Shown piece after piece: positions 40,633 to 52,116 of a stretch of 64,000 bases of DNA (its first letter is position 1; each line of letters begins with the position of its first letter). The position numbers and the translations under genes were made by a program. The stretch lies in assembly GCA_963728565.1 (NCBI GenBank), contig CAVSLC010000003.1, positions 32,001 through 96,000 of the forward strand, written 5' to 3'. The DNA comes from an uncultured delta proteobacterium. Lineage in GTDB: Bacteria > Desulfobacterota > Binatia > UBA9968. The notes beneath the pieces were generated by a model that searched no databases, was not told the origin of the DNA, and saw only the letters and a list, made by a program, of their open reading frames with translations.

Positions 40633-43102
40633 ATGTTGTTTCGCAGTGATAAAAAGGACGAAAAGGAAAAAGAGCCGGGTGACTCCACCCGCGTCCCGTT
40701 GCTACCTTTGAGGGACATCATTGTCTTCCCACATATGGTCGTGCCGCTTTTCGTCGGCCGCCAACGTTCTATTCGAGCATTGGAAGAAGCTACCCAAAAA
40801 CAAGGGCCAATTTTCTTGTCCTCGCAGAAAGATGCAAAGACGAACGAGCCGGCAGAGGACGACATTTACAAAATTGGCACATTAGGCACTGTTGTCCAGA
40901 TGCTTAAACTTCCGGACGGCACGGTCAAAGTTTTAATTGAAGGAAAGAGGCGCGCTCAGATCGCGCGGTTTGTAAATAATCCTGAGTTTTTCTTGGTAGA
41001 CGTAGAGGAAGCTCCGGAAGTTAATGAGCGGAATACTGAAGTAGAGGCTTTAACGCGCGAGGTCCACACCACGTTTGAGAATTACGTCAAGCTAAAGAAA
41101 AAAATTCCTCCCGAAATGGTGATGTCGGTATCCTCGATCGATGATCCGGGACGACTAGCGGATACCATCGTGGCTCACTTGGGAATTAAGTTAGAAGACC
41201 GGCAAAATCTGCTTGAAACTTTCAATGCGGCCGAACGCCTGGAGAAGGTGTTAGGGCATATGCGTGCGGAAATCGAAATACTTGAGGTCGAGCGTCGTAT
41301 TCGCTCGCGTGTCAAGAAGCAGATGGAGCGTTCACAAAAAGAATACTACCTGAACGAGCAAATGCGCGCGATCCAAAAAGAACTTGGTGAGAAGGACGAG
41401 TTCAAAAACGAGATCCAAGAAATCGAGGAGAAAATCAAGCAAAAAAAGCTGTCGTCGGAAGCCCGCGAGAAGATCGACAAGGAGCTTAAGAAGCTAAAGA
41501 TGATGTCACCGATGTCAGCGGAAGCGACAGTGGTCAGGAACTACATCGACTGGATCTTGAGCTTGCCGTGGAATGAGTTTACCGATGACAAGCTGGATAT
41601 CACCGAAGCCGAACGGGTTTTAGAAGAAGATCATTATGGCCTCGAAAAGGTAAAGGAGAGAATTCTCGAGTACCTTGCGGTGCAAAGTCTCGTGGGTAAA
41701 ATCAAAGGTCCAATTCTGTGTCTCGTCGGGCCTCCTGGAGTTGGAAAAACTTCATTGGGACGGTCGATCGCGCGCGCAACCGGGAAGAAAATTTGTTCGA
41801 GTGTCTTTGGGGGGCGTGCGGGATGAGGCGGAAATCCGCGGCCATCGTCGTACATACATTGGCGCCTTGCCCGGAAAAATCGTCCAGTCGATGAAAAAAG
41901 CGGGGTCGAGCAATCCGGTGTTTTTGATGGACGAGATCGACAAAATGTCGACTGATTTTCGGGGTGATCCTTCGTCTGCATTGCTCGAGGTCTTAGATCC
42001 CGAACAGAATACCGCGTTTAACGATCACTACCTGGATTTGGATTATGACTTGTCCAAGGTGATGTTTATTACGACGGCAAATACTCTTGATCGTATTCCA
42101 CGGCCACTGCAGGACCGCATGGAGATTATTCGAATCGCCGGTTATACGGAACTCGAGAAGCTCAGTATTGCTAAGCGTTATCTCTTGGAGAAGCAGAAAG
42201 AAGCCAATGGACTTACTCCCGAAAACGTCACATTTACCGATAATGCTTTACTGGGCGTCATTCGACACTACACCAAAGAAGCCGGGGTAAGAAGCCTCGA
42301 ACGTGAGATCGCCGCGATCTGCCGAAAGGTTGCCGTTGAGGTAGTCAAGAAAGATCGAAATACTCATATGCAGGTGGGAACAAAGAGCCTCCATAGATAT
42401 TTGGGACCCGTGAAGTACCGCTACGGCAAGGCTGAAGATGAGCAGAAGGTCGGAGTAACGACCGGTTTGGCGTGGACGGAGCTTGGCGGTGAATTGCTGG
42501 CAACGGAAGTGACCGTTATGCCAGGAAAAGGCCAGCTGATCATCACCGGAAAACTGGGCGACGTCATGCAAGAGTCCGCGCAGGCTGCCATGAGCTACGT
42601 GCGGTCGCGAGCGACGGAGCTTGGGTTGGAGAAAGACTTCTATCAAAAAATCGATGTTCACATCCACGTTCCGGAAGGAGCTATCCCTAAAGATGGGCCT
42701 TCGGCTGGGATAACGATGGCGACCTCACTAGTCTCGGCATTGACGACGGTTGCAGTGCGAAATGATCTTGCCATGACCGGCGAAATTACTCTGCGTGGCA
42801 CCATCCTGCCGATCGGCGGGCTCAAGGAAAAGGTATTGGCTGCGCATCGGGCAGGGATCAAGAAAGTGTTAATACCTGCCGAAAATGAGAAAGACATAGA
42901 GGAGATTCCCGCTGCGGTTTTGAAGACTGTGGAGCTTGAATTGGTCGCTCACATGGATGACGTGCTGAAGAAGGCGTTAGTCATTGACAATCCAGAAAAT
43001 CTTTTCAAGCGCCCGCCGGTAACGATCGAATCGAAAGAGGGGCCAGCTCCGTTCGGGGAAAAGATCGAGGATAACGCTCCCGCTGAGATTCTTCCTCAGT
43101 AA
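40633..43102 (+). CDS. lon: Lon protease, one frameshift near 41782-41791
   Basis: ORFs 40633-41826 and 41675-43102 join (ATG[R/K]KFVRVSLGG) if one base is removed; [22 protein letters not shown]. Confidence 0.95.
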
Positions 43103-43136
43103 ATAATTGTTCCGATACTTCGGCCAGCCGCGTGGT

Positions 43137-43165
43137 TTGACACTCGGTTGGCCGACTGTTATAAA
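43137..43165 (+). promoter_or_regulatory. Sigma70 promoter of hup
   Basis: TTGACA-17 nt-TATAAA with extended TG. Confidence 0.7.
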
Positions 43166-43213
43166 CTCGCAACGTCTGATTAGATTAGACAGATTTGCTT
43201 GAATGGAAGAGTA

Positions 43214-43486
43214 ATGACCAAGGCAGACTTAATCGATTCATTAGCAAGACGCTCTGAGATGCCCCGACAAAAAGCAGAAGAAATTGTCAATGGATTTCTC
43301 GATGATATTGTTGCCGCTTTAAAGAACGGGGATAAAATAAATGTTTCCGGATTCGGAACTTTTTCGATCTCGGAGCGTAAAGGGCGAACCGGGAGAAACC
43401 CGAAGACCGGGGAAGCAATCGAAATCGCTCCTTCTAGGGTCGCTAAGTTCAAGGCCGGTAAGCTCTTAAAAGAGGCCCTCAGCTAG
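43214..43486 (+). CDS. hup: DNA-binding protein HU
   Basis: MTKADLI, GFGTF, GRNPKTGE. Confidence 0.95.
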   Translation: MTKADLIDSLARRSEMPRQKAEEIVNGFLDDIVAALKNGDKINVSGFGTFSISERKGRTGRNPKTGEAIEIAPSRVAKFKAGKLLKEALS

Positions 43487-43544
43487 AACACCCTATCGTG
43501 CAAATCCGCAGCTGGTGGTAGACACCAGAGGTAATCCGGAAGAG

Positions 43545-43619
43545 GGGCGGTTAGCTCAGCGGGAGAGCATCGGCCTTACAAGCCGGGGGCCACAGGTTCA
43601 AATCCTGTACCGCCCACCA
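43545..43619 (+). tRNA. tRNA-Val(TAC)
   Basis: Cloverleaf; CT-TAC-AA; CCA. Confidence 0.95.
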
Positions 43620-43636
43620 ATCGTAGTTAATCATTT

Positions 43637-43713
<77 letters not shown>

Positions 43714-43755
43714 TTTTTTCTCGAAGTGGCACAGAGATATTGCGAGGATTACAGT

Positions 43756-44181
43756 ATGAAAACCAAAGAAGCGCTTGCCCAACGAGAGTGGTACATCGTT
43801 GATGCGGATGGAAAAATCTTGGGCCGCATGGCTAGCGAGATCGCCAGGGTTCTGCGCGGTAAGAACAAGGTGATTTTCACTCCCAACGCGGACACCGGCG
43901 ATTTTGTCATCGTCATCAATGCTAAAGGTGTGAGGCTTTCGGGACACAAACTGGATGATAAGATCTATTATCGTCACACCAATTATCCTGGAGGAATTCG
44001 CTCCCGCACGGCCGCGGACCTTCTCGAGAACAAACCGGAGGATTTGATTCACTTAGCTGTTAAAGGAATGTTGCCCAAAAACCGTTTGGGTAGAAAATTA
44101 GCCGCCAAGCTCAAAGTGTATTCAGGCGCCGAGCATCCTCACGAAGCACAAAAACCAAAACCGCTGGCGATCCGAGCTTAG
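43756..44181 (+). CDS. rplM: 50S ribosomal protein L13
   Basis: WYIVDA...[23 protein letters not shown]. Confidence 0.98.
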   Translation: MKTKEALAQREWYIVDADGKILGRMASEIARVLRGKNKVIFTPNADTGDFVIVINAKGVRLSGHKLDDKIYYRHTNYPGGIRSRTAADLLENKPEDLIHLAVKGMLPKNRLGRKLAAKLKVYSGAEHPHEAQKPKPLAIRA

Positions 44182-44192
44182 GAGGCTATCAA

Positions 44193-44585
44193 ATGGCAGA
44201 AAAAGTGATCACTGCAACAGGGAGACGAAAGACTTCTGTAGCTCGCGTCTTTTTACGTCTGGGAAAGGGCTCCATCGCCATCAATGATCGAACTCTCAAT
44301 GAGTATTTTGGCCGGGAGACTGCTCGCATGATTGTCATGCAGCCTTTCGAGCTAACTCAGACCACGGGTAATTATGACATCGAAGTCAATGTTAATGGAG
44401 GGGGTAGTTCAGGGCAAGCGGGTGCCATTCGTCATGGCATCACGCGAGCGCTCATGTTGCTCAATCCGGATTTTAGATCGTCGTTGAAAAAGGCCGGTTT
44501 TGTCACGCGTGATCCGCGCGGGGTAGAGCGCAAAAAGTACGGTCGACACAAGGCGCGAAAACGACCACAGTACTCAAAGCGTTAG
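44193..44585 (+). CDS. rpsI: 30S ribosomal protein S9
   Basis: [24 protein letters not shown]. Confidence 0.98.
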   Translation: MAEKVITATGRRKTSVARVFLRLGKGSIAINDRTLNEYFGRETARMIVMQPFELTQTTGNYDIEVNVNGGGSSGQAGAIRHGITRALMLLNPDFRSSLKKAGFVTRDPRGVERKKYGRHKARKRPQYSKR

Positions 44586-44714
44586 GCGAGTCAGAACGAA
44601 TTTCGAGCGCTTTTGCGCGATTTTGCGGCGCAAAAAGTTCGAACGGGTTCGGTTTGTTTGAGATTCTACGGCAGGGTGGACAATCCACCACGCGTACATC
44701 AGTATACTTCCCTA

Positions 44715-45824
44715 CTATTCTTCAGCAGTGAAAAGATAAATCCCCAGGAGCGCGGATATCGAATTTGGCAACCACGCTGCGATTGTTGGCGGTAAGGCGC
44801 CGCTATGTCCCAGGGAAAAGCAGAAGGCGGAAAGCACCCAGTAACCAAAGGCGATCAGCATTGCGATGCCGAAACTCATGGCTAGCCCACCGCCAATGCG
44901 TCTTTTTAACGCGAGAGGAATTGCGATTAAAACCATCAGGGGCGAAATAAATGGAACTGCCAGCTTTACCTGTAAATCAACCTCATAAGCTGTGGCATCC
45001 ATGCCTTTGGCCTTCATTTCGACGATTTGTTTTTGCAGATCGAAGAACGTGAATTCTTCGGGATCCCGAGCGAGTAACATGAGGTCGCCGGGTGTTTCAG
45101 AGATCGTCGGCGGCGTGCTCACGATTCGTTGCTTGAGCTTTCCGTCCGATAGAAACTGCCATTCGATGCCACTTGGTGATTCCCATCGTTGTCTCACCCA
45201 GTGCGCTTTGGGAACCCCAATCGTAGACTGCAATGTAAAGTCGCGGCTTAGAACAAAGAATGTGATTCCCTCCAGAACATTGTTGCTTGGATCAAAGCTA
45301 TCTATATTGACAAAGCCACCCTCCCCACGGATCCAGATATCTTTTGTTCCGAATAGACTTTGTTGCTGTCTCTTCTTAATTTCAGTCTTATAGATAGTCT
45401 CGGCACGATGAGCGAAAACCGGTACCAGTCCTTCATTCCAGATGAAATTCGTCATGCAGATTAACAACGAGATACAAAGTAGCGGGAATGACAATCTTCG
45501 GGTGCTCAAACCGCCAGCCTGCATTGCTGTGATCTCCTGAGCTTTATAAAGCATTCCTAGGCAGAAGAGAGTCGAAAATAATGTGGCAAAACCGATCACC
45601 CGAGATATTGATAATGGAATTTTGTACAACACGTAGCGAAGTGCCGTGGTAACGGAAATTCCAGATTCCACTAACGTGCCGATCCGCTCAAAAAACTCGA
45701 TAATCGCAAAGATCGAAGTGAAACAAAGCAAACTAGCGACAAATACCCGGACAAAGCCGCTGGATATATAGCGATCAACGATGCTGCCAAATGGTAAAAG
45801 GGCAAATCGCGGCTTCTGTGGCAT
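44715..45824 (-). CDS. lptG: LPS export ABC transporter permease LptG
   Basis: IVDRYI, EITAMQAGGLS, AAWLPN; paired with lptF. Confidence 0.88.
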   Translation of the reverse strand: MPQKPRFALLPFGSIVDRYISSGFVRVFVASLLCFTSIFAIIEFFERIGTLVESGISVTTALRYVLYKIPLSISRVIGFATLFSTLFCLGMLYKAQEITAMQAGGLSTRRLSFPLLCISLLICMTNFIWNEGLVPVFAHRAETIYKTEIKKRQQQSLFGTKDIWIRGEGGFVNIDSFDPSNNVLEGITFFVLSRDFTLQSTIGVPKAHWVRQRWESPSGIEWQFLSDGKLKQRIVSTPPTISETPGDLMLLARDPEEFTFFDLQKQIVEMKAKGMDATAYEVDLQVKLAVPFISPLMVLIAIPLALKRRIGGGLAMSFGIAMLIAFGYWVLSAFCFSLGHSGALPPTIAAWLPNSISALLGIYLFTAEE

Positions 45825-45832
45825 GGTTTTAA

Positions 45833-47023
45833 TTAGCGGTTTTCGAATCTCGTCAGTCTCTGCCCGAGCCACAGAGATGCGGCGTCGAACCTGGTCTGCA
45901 ACAGTAATGGAGATTCGTAAAGCGCCTTCCGGAATAGATGCAATGAAATGACACCGACTATGATGTTTGGAAACCATAAGGCGACGAACGGGTGAAAAGC
46001 ACCCCTCTCTCCCAATGCCTTTCCCAGGGAGAGCAGAGCGTAATAGACCACGAGCCAGACGACGCATAAAGCCACTCCCCACGATCTATTGGCCCGTGAT
46101 GTGCGCGGTAGAAGCGATAGAGCGACACCTAGCAGACAGAACACGATAGGTGCAAAGGAGAACGCAATCCGTTGATGAAACTCCATCAGTTCAGGTCTGG
46201 CGTTTATGCCGGCAGCTTGCTTTTCCTCAATGGTTTTAAGCAGCCGATTTAAAGACATCTCCTTCGGTCCGGCATCTTTTATTTTTGCGGGTCCGATGAA
46301 TTCGTCCAAATCCAGCTTGAAATCGTAGATGTTGAAGTTAGTTTGGCTGAAGTCTGAGCGTGTTCGGTCTCGTTCATAGATGGAGCCATCGAACAATCTC
46401 AATGAGAGCGTATGGGTCTGTTCCTCGGTGTTGATCAGGCCGACCTTGCCCACGATGATATTGTCCCTCGCGGTCTCCCGTTTGTCGATGATTAGAATGC
46501 CTTGCCCAACATTGCCAGGAGGTATTATCTCTTCGACATAGATCAATATGTTTGGAAAGTCATCGTTGAACACCTTCTCCCTGAGGGCTGTTCCAACGCG
46601 AGTCTTAGCGAGGTTGTAAAGTTCGTCTTTAAGAGCCACTTGCGCCGCCGGTCTCACCCAGGTTGTGAGGAGAAAGGTAATGATGGCGACACTCGCCGCC
46701 ACAAAAACAAGGGGTAGCAGAATCTGCACCGGACTTACTCCGGATGATTTCAGGGCGAGAAGCTCCTGATCGCCTGATAGTCTGCCGAGTCCCAAGAGAA
46801 TGGCTAAAAGAAACGCCATGGGAAGGGTTAATTCTAAGAACGTTGGCAGAATCAAGACAAGTAGTCTTCCGACTTGGGTCAGGGGTATGCCACGAGTTAC
46901 GATAAGTTCGACCAACTTTAAAATTCTTGCGATCAGAAGAATGAAAGTGAAAGTGAGTAGCCCGAGCAAGAATGGCGGGAGAATTTCCGAAAGAAGATAA
47001 CAAGTAAGAGTTCTGCGCTTCAC
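45833..47023 (-). CDS. lptF: LPS export ABC transporter permease LptF
   Basis: YLLSEI, GRLSGDQELLALKSSGVS, LWFPN. Confidence 0.9.
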   Translation of the reverse strand: MKRRTLTCYLLSEILPPFLLGLLTFTFILLIARILKLVELIVTRGIPLTQVGRLLVLILPTFLELTLPMAFLLAILLGLGRLSGDQELLALKSSGVSPVQILLPLVFVAASVAIITFLLTTWVRPAAQVALKDELYNLAKTRVGTALREKVFNDDFPNILIYVEEIIPPGNVGQGILIIDKRETARDNIIVGKVGLINTEEQTHTLSLRLFDGSIYERDRTRSDFSQTNFNIYDFKLDLDEFIGPAKIKDAGPKEMSLNRLLKTIEEKQAAGINARPELMEFHQRIAFSFAPIVFCLLGVALSLLPRTSRANRSWGVALCVVWLVVYYALLSLGKALGERGAFHPFVALWFPNIIVGVISLHLFRKALYESPLLLQTRFDAASLWLGQRLTRFENR

Positions 47024-47088
47024 AACCTTTTCATGGTAACCGGTGATTCTTTTGTTGTAAACGACAGGCACGCTTCTAATAGAACGAT

Positions 47089-47853
47089 ATGGAGCAGGAT
47101 CTAATATTCGGTGTCAATCCTATTCTAGAGAAGCTCAGGGTTGCGCCGGAAGAGATCTCCAAGATTCTACTTGCCCGGGGCCCGCTACGACCAACTCTTA
47201 AATCACTGGAAACGGAAGCGCTGAAACTTCAGATAGAGATACAGTTCGTAGACGCTAAAGAGCTCGATCATTTGGCGCACGGGCAAAACCATCAAGGTGC
47301 TCTAGCGCGAGTCCGAGCGTATTCGTACGCACCTTTCTCGGAATTAGAAAGTACCACCTCTGAGGCACGTTCTCAGATGGTTCTGATACTGGATGGCATT
47401 ACCGATCCGAGAAACTTCGGAGCGATTCTGCGCACCGCCGAAGCTGTAGGCGCCCGCAATGTCATCATCCCCAAGGATCGTTCGGTGCGGATAACGCCAG
47501 TAGTTCTCAAGGCCTCCGCAGGAGCTGTTAATCACTTGCGAATCTATCGGTTGACGAATCTGCGACGCGCCTTGATGTCACTAAAAAGCTCAGGATTCTG
47601 GATCGTTGGCTTAGATGCAAACGCCAGGGAGACTTATGACAGTAAAGAGTACCCGAACAAGCTCGGAATCGTTCTAGGTAGCGAGGGCCGGGGTCTTCGT
47701 CCTTTGATCACTAAGCAATGCGACTATCTCGTGCGCATTCCGATGAAAGGCAAGATTTCGAGTCTCAATGTTTCAGTTGCCGCGGCCATCTTGTTGTACG
47801 AGGTGTCGCGGCAGCACAGCGGCATTGACAAGGGTAAACCCGACGGATATTAG
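47089..47853 (+). CDS. rlmB: 23S rRNA (Gm2251) methyltransferase
   Basis: NHQG, DPRNFGAILRTA, GSEGRG, SLNVSVA. Confidence 0.95.
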   Translation: MEQDLIFGVNPILEKLRVAPEEISKILLARGPLRPTLKSLETEALKLQIEIQFVDAKELDHLAHGQNHQGALARVRAYSYAPFSELESTTSEARSQMVLILDGITDPRNFGAILRTAEAVGARNVIIPKDRSVRITPVVLKASAGAVNHLRIYRLTNLRRALMSLKSSGFWIVGLDANARETYDSKEYPNKLGIVLGSEGRGLRPLITKQCDYLVRIPMKGKISSLNVSVAAAILLYEVSRQHSGIDKGKPDGY

Positions 47854-47916
47854 GAGTTTGGTGGGGCGGGACCTATGGCGAGCCTGTTGACATCATAGAT
47901 CGAAGATGGTTTAAAT
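47825..47916 (+). promoter_or_regulatory. Tandem sigma70 promoters upstream of the tRNA-tuf operon
   Basis: TTGACA-17-TATTAG (47825-47853) and TTGACA-18-TTAAAT (47887-47916). Confidence 0.55.
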
Positions 47917-48079
47917 ACCCGTTTGCGGAAGTGGTATGACCTCTTTGCCGTCGTTGTCCGTTGCGTATCAAGAACTTACTACTAATAGCTTGTTAACCAA
48001 ATAGCGCTGAAGCGGTCGTTGCCGTTGTGATGTAGCCGTTTGATGCCTCATCTTATTGGTACGGACCGGTCACTGCGAC

Positions 48080-48154
48080 GCTGGCGTAGCTCAACGGCAG
48101 AGCAGCTGATTTGTAATCAGCAGGTTGTAGGTTCAAGTCCTATCGCCAGCTCCA
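48080..48154 (+). tRNA. tRNA-Thr(TGT)
   Basis: Cloverleaf; TT-TGT-AA; CCA. Confidence 0.95.
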
Positions 48155-48240
48155 GCCAAGCATCCGATGTTAACCTGGCGGCGAGGGATTTGCCGTTCGG
48201 GAATCGCAGTGGGATTGCGGCAAACATACTGCTAATAATC

Positions 48241-48325
<85 letters not shown>

Positions 48326-48331
48326 TTTTTG

Positions 48332-48407
48332 GCGGGAATAGCTCAGTTGGTAGAGCGCGAGCCTTCCAAGCTCGGGGTCGCGGGTTCGAGTCCCGTTTCC
48401 CGCTCCA
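48332..48407 (+). tRNA. tRNA-Gly(TCC)
   Basis: Cloverleaf; CT-TCC-AA; CCA. Confidence 0.95.
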
Positions 48408-48487
48408 ATTCGCATGGGCGGCAGCCAAAATATCGGATGGTTCGATCCCTGAAATTAGGCCATCAGCCAAAAGTAATCGACTGATAT

Positions 48488-48560
48488 GCCCAGGTAGCTC
48501 AGTCGGTAGAGCACGTCCTTGGTAAGGACGAGGTCAGCGGTTCGATCCCGCTCCTGGGCT
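48488..48560 (+). tRNA. tRNA-Thr(GGT), no encoded CCA
   Basis: Cloverleaf; TT-GGT-AA. Confidence 0.93.
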
Positions 48561-48624
48561 TGGTCCCCGTTCATTTTCGAGCACGATAAAGTCAATTGAT
48601 TGGCAAATCAATCAGGAGGAAGAG

Positions 48625-49815
48625 ATGAGCAAGCAAAAGTTTGAGCGCAAAAAGCCGCACCTTAACATCGGAACCATCGGCCACGTAGACCACGGTAAAA
48701 CTACTTTAACTGCGGCCATCACGAAGGTTCTCTCCAAGCAGGGCAAGGCGCAGTTTCTTGCCTATGATCAAATCGATAAGGCGCCGGAAGAAAGAGAAAG
48801 GGGCGTTACGATTAATATAGCTCACGTGGAGTATGAGACTGACAAGCGTCATTATGCACATGTCGACTGCCCTGGACATGCGGACTACGTGAAAAATATG
48901 ATCACTGGAGCGGCGCAGATGGATGGAGCGATTCTAGTGGTTTCAGCCGCCGACGGGCCGATGCCGCAAACCCGCGAGCATATCCTGCTGGCGCGCCAAG
49001 TCGGTGTTCCCGGTATAGTTGTTTACCTTAACAAAGCCGACATGGTTGACGACAAGGAATTGCTAGAACTGGTAGAGCTCGAAGTTCGAGAGCTGCTCTC
49101 GAAATATAAATTCCCCGGCGACGAAGTTCCGATAGTGATCGGTAGTGCTCTAAAGGCTTTAGAGGGAGACGCCTCCGACATAGGTGAAGGGTCTATCATA
49201 AAGCTCATGGAAGCTGTTGACTCTTTCATCAAAGAGCCCACTAGAGACGTCGACAAGCCATTTATCATGCCGGTCGAGGACGTTTTCACAATCAGCGGTC
49301 GAGGCACAGTTGTGACCGGCCGAGTCGAGCGCGGCGTCGTCAAAGTCGGAGAAGAGATTGAAATTGTCGGCTTTAAGCCGACGCAAAAAACGGTAGCGAC
49401 CGGGATCGAAATGTTCCGCAAACTTCTGGACGAAGGTCGGGCCGGCGATAATATTGGGGTGCTGCTACGCGGCACCAAGCGTGAAGAGGTTGAGCGAGGT
49501 CAGGTATTGGCGAAGCCCGCGAGCATAACCCCGCATACAAAGTTTAATGCTGAGGCTTATGTTCTAACGAAAGAAGAAGGTGGTCGACACACGCCGTTTT
49601 TCAATGGATACCGGCCGCAATTCTACTTCCGCACAACAGATGTTACCGGTGTCGTGAAACTGCCGGAAGGAACAGAGATGGTTATGCCCGGCGACAACAT
49701 CAACGTCGAGATCGAGCTCATTACTCCCGTCGCTATGGACGAAGGGTTGAAGTTTGCGATTCGAGAGGGCGGTCGGACCGTTGGCGCCGGGGTTGTCACA
49801 AAGATCATGCAGTAA
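48625..49815 (+). CDS. tuf: Elongation factor Tu
   Basis: [21 protein letters not shown]. Confidence 0.99.
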   Translation: MSKQKFERKKPHLNIGTIGHVDHGKTTLTAAITKVLSKQGKAQFLAYDQIDKAPEERERGVTINIAHVEYETDKRHYAHVDCPGHADYVKNMITGAAQMDGAILVVSAADGPMPQTREHILLARQVGVPGIVVYLNKADMVDDKELLELVELEVRELLSKYKFPGDEVPIVIGSALKALEGDASDIGEGSIIKLMEAVDSFIKEPTRDVDKPFIMPVEDVFTISGRGTVVTGRVERGVVKVGEEIEIVGFKPTQKTVATGIEMFRKLLDEGRAGDNIGVLLRGTKREEVERGQVLAKPASITPHTKFNAEAYVLTKEEGGRHTPFFNGYRPQFYFRTTDVTGVVKLPEGTEMVMPGDNINVEIELITPVAMDEGLKFAIREGGRTVGAGVVTKIMQ

Positions 49816-49839
49816 CTTGGGTCAAAGGGGGGCGCACTC

Positions 49840-49992
49840 ATGCGGGATATCGTAGGGTTTGCTTGTGACCAATGTAAGCGAAAGAATTACACCTCGACGA
49901 AGAACAAGAAAAAAACCACCGATAAACTTTCTTTTAAGAAATTTTGCGCTTCGTGTCGATCTCATACAGTTCATCGAGAGATCAAGGTCTAA
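49840..49992 (+). CDS. rpmG: 50S ribosomal protein L33 (zinc-binding form; not in ORF track)
   Basis: MRDIVGFACDQCKRKNYTSTKNKK...KKFCASCRSHTVHREIKV. Confidence 0.95.
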   Translation: MRDIVGFACDQCKRKNYTSTKNKKKTTDKLSFKKFCASCRSHTVHREIKV

Positions 49993-50002
49993 CGATTACC
50001 GG

Positions 50003-50080
50003 GGGTCAGTAGCTCCAACTGGCTAGAGCTCCGGACTCCAAATCCGGCTGTTGCAGGTTCGAATCCTGCCTGACCCGCCA
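50003..50080 (+). tRNA. tRNA-Trp(CCA)
   Basis: Cloverleaf; CT-CCA-AA; usual position before secE. Confidence 0.95.
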
Positions 50081-50097
50081 CCAATGCATCATTAGCC

Positions 50098-50313
50098 ATG
50101 GCAGATTGGATTCAAAAAGTTCAGGATACTTTTGGCCATACGGTCGAGTTTGTAAAAGAATCCTGGCAGGAGCTGCAGAAGGTCCATTGGCCTTCGCGGA
50201 AGGAAACTTACGCCGCGACTGCGCTCGTTATTATCGTGGTCGTGCTGGTGTCGGTTTACTTGGCGATCATAGACTTAGGCTTGACCACAGTGATCCAGGC
50301 TATCATCGATTAA
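50098..50313 (+). CDS. secE: Preprotein translocase SecE
   Basis: ELQKVHWPSRKE plus a single TM. Confidence 0.95.
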   Translation: MADWIQKVQDTFGHTVEFVKESWQELQKVHWPSRKETYAATALVIIVVVLVSVYLAIIDLGLTTVIQAIID

Positions 50314-50329
50314 CTCTGCGAGCTCTCCT

Positions 50330-50860
50330 ATGGCAAAGCAATGGTATATCGTTCACACCTTCTCGGGTTTTGAACAGAAGGCGAAAGCAGCTCTCGAGGA
50401 GCGGGTAAGGACTCTCGGTAAACAGGAGTACTTCGGTGAAATCCTTGTGCCGGTTGAAAAGGTCGTTGAGCTCGTCAAAGGGAAGAAAAAAACTTCCTCA
50501 AGAAAATTCTTTCCAGGTTACATTCTGGTTCAAATGGAACTCAATGACGATACTTGGCATGTGGTGAAGGAGACACCGAAAATTACTGGGTTTGTTGGTG
50601 GCAGCACGAATCCGCCGTCGATTTCGGAGGAGGAAGTTCGAGCGATTACTCTTCAAATGGAAGAGGGCGCAATCAAACCCAAGCCGCGGGTGCTATTTTC
50701 GGTTGGTGAGAACGTTAAAGTTGTCGACGGTCCATTTGCAGATTTCAACGGGGTTGTTGAAGAAGTTAGACCCGATAAAGGCAAGCTTCGGGTGCTCATC
50801 AGTATCTTTGGACGAGCCACTCCTGTCGAGTTGGAATTCGTTCAGGTTGAGCGGAACTAG
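50330..50860 (+). CDS. nusG: Transcription factor NusG
   Basis: WYIVHTFSGFE, FFPGYILV, KOW motif, IFGRATPVEL. Confidence 0.98.
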   Translation: MAKQWYIVHTFSGFEQKAKAALEERVRTLGKQEYFGEILVPVEKVVELVKGKKKTSSRKFFPGYILVQMELNDDTWHVVKETPKITGFVGGSTNPPSISEEEVRAITLQMEEGAIKPKPRVLFSVGENVKVVDGPFADFNGVVEEVRPDKGKLRVLISIFGRATPVELEFVQVERN

Positions 50861-50876
50861 TTAACAGGGACATTAA

Positions 50877-51302
50877 ATGGCCAAAAAAGTCATCGCAGAA
50901 ATCAAGTTGCAGATCCCCGCTGGGGCAGCCAATCCGAGCCCTCCCGTCGGGCCCGCATTGGGGCAGCGTGGGGTTAATATCATGGAATTCTGCAAGGCCT
51001 TCAATGCTGCGACTCAATCCCAGCAGGGTATGATCACTCCGGTGATTATTACAGTTTATGCGGACCGATCTTTCACCTTTGTCACGAAGACGCCGCCGGC
51101 TTCTGTACTACTAAAAAAGGCTGCGGGCGTGGAGAAAGGTTCCAAGGAACCGGGCAAGACTAAAGTTGGGAAAGTTACTCGGGCGCAAGTTCGGCAGATT
51201 GCGGAGTTGAAGCTCAAGGATTTGACGGCTAACGATTTGGCCGCGGCCGAGAAGTCAGTTGAAGGTACTGCTCGCAGCCTTGGTCTCGACGTTGAGGGAT
51301 GA
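50877..51302 (+). CDS. rplK: 50S ribosomal protein L11
   Basis: [19 protein letters not shown]. Confidence 0.98.
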   Translation: MAKKVIAEIKLQIPAGAANPSPPVGPALGQRGVNIMEFCKAFNAATQSQQGMITPVIITVYADRSFTFVTKTPPASVLLKKAAGVEKGSKEPGKTKVGKVTRAQVRQIAELKLKDLTANDLAAAEKSVEGTARSLGLDVEG

Positions 51303-51365
51303 TTCAGAGCGGCGCAGTCACTCGATTTGAATCCGTCTGCTTCGAAGCTTTAGGAGGGGGGACAA

Positions 51366-52070
51366 ATGAGCGGTTTTGGAAAATCATATCGCGCGGCGTT
51401 GGCCAAGATAGATCGTAGTCACCGCTATCAATTGGACGACGGTGTTAAGCTTGTACGAGAAACCGCCCGGGCAAAGTTTGATGAGACTGTTGAGTTCGCC
51501 ATCCGCTTGGGGGTTGATCCGCGGCAAGCGGATCAAAATGTAAGGGGAACCGTGACATTGCCACACGGTATGGGCAAGGCCGTTAGGGTGCTCGCTTTCG
51601 CCAAGGGAGAAAAGGAAAAAGAAGCGCAGGAAGCCGGAGCTGATTTCGTCGGAAGCGATGAACTTATTAAAAAGATCAGCGAGGGGTGGTTCGATTTCGA
51701 TAAAGCTGTAGCGACTCCGGATATGATGGCGGCAGTCGGTCGGATCGGTAAGGTGTTGGGGCCACGTGGCCTCATGCCTAATCCTAAGACCGGTACGGTC
51801 TCGGCCGATATTGCACGTGCCGTTAAAGAGATCAAGGCCGGTAAATTGGAGTTTAGAGTCGATAAAGCAGGAATAGTTCATGTTCCCGTGGGTAAGGCTT
51901 CTTTCGAGCCTGAGAAGCTTATAGACAATGCCAGAGCCGTGCTCTCAGCAATTCTCCGAGCCAAACCTGCCTCAGCTAAAGGCAACTACATTCGCGGGGT
52001 GACGCTATCAACAACCATGGGGCCAGGAGTCAAAATCGACCTGTCGCAGGTTCGGGCTATGGCTGCCTAG
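51366..52070 (+). CDS. rplA: 50S ribosomal protein L1
   Basis: [28 protein letters not shown]. Confidence 0.98.
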   Translation: MSGFGKSYRAALAKIDRSHRYQLDDGVKLVRETARAKFDETVEFAIRLGVDPRQADQNVRGTVTLPHGMGKAVRVLAFAKGEKEKEAQEAGADFVGSDELIKKISEGWFDFDKAVATPDMMAAVGRIGKVLGPRGLMPNPKTGTVSADIARAVKEIKAGKLEFRVDKAGIVHVPVGKASFEPEKLIDNARAVLSAILRAKPASAKGNYIRGVTLSTTMGPGVKIDLSQVRAMAA

Positions 52071-52116
52071 ATCTGTTCTTCAGCCAAATTTCAAGCCAAA
52101 GGGGATCGGGAGACGC

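Noticed and set aside
41780-41795. Programmed ribosomal frameshift in lon
   Set aside because: Not known for lon, no canonical slippery site with a stimulator, and similar single insertions occur elsewhere, so an assembly error is more likely
44715-46082. Long N-terminal extensions in ORF-track calls (lptG, yggS, amtB, glnK, hemerythrin, rpsG, rdgB)
   Set aside because: Downstream starts with better RBS or family-typical N-termini fit better
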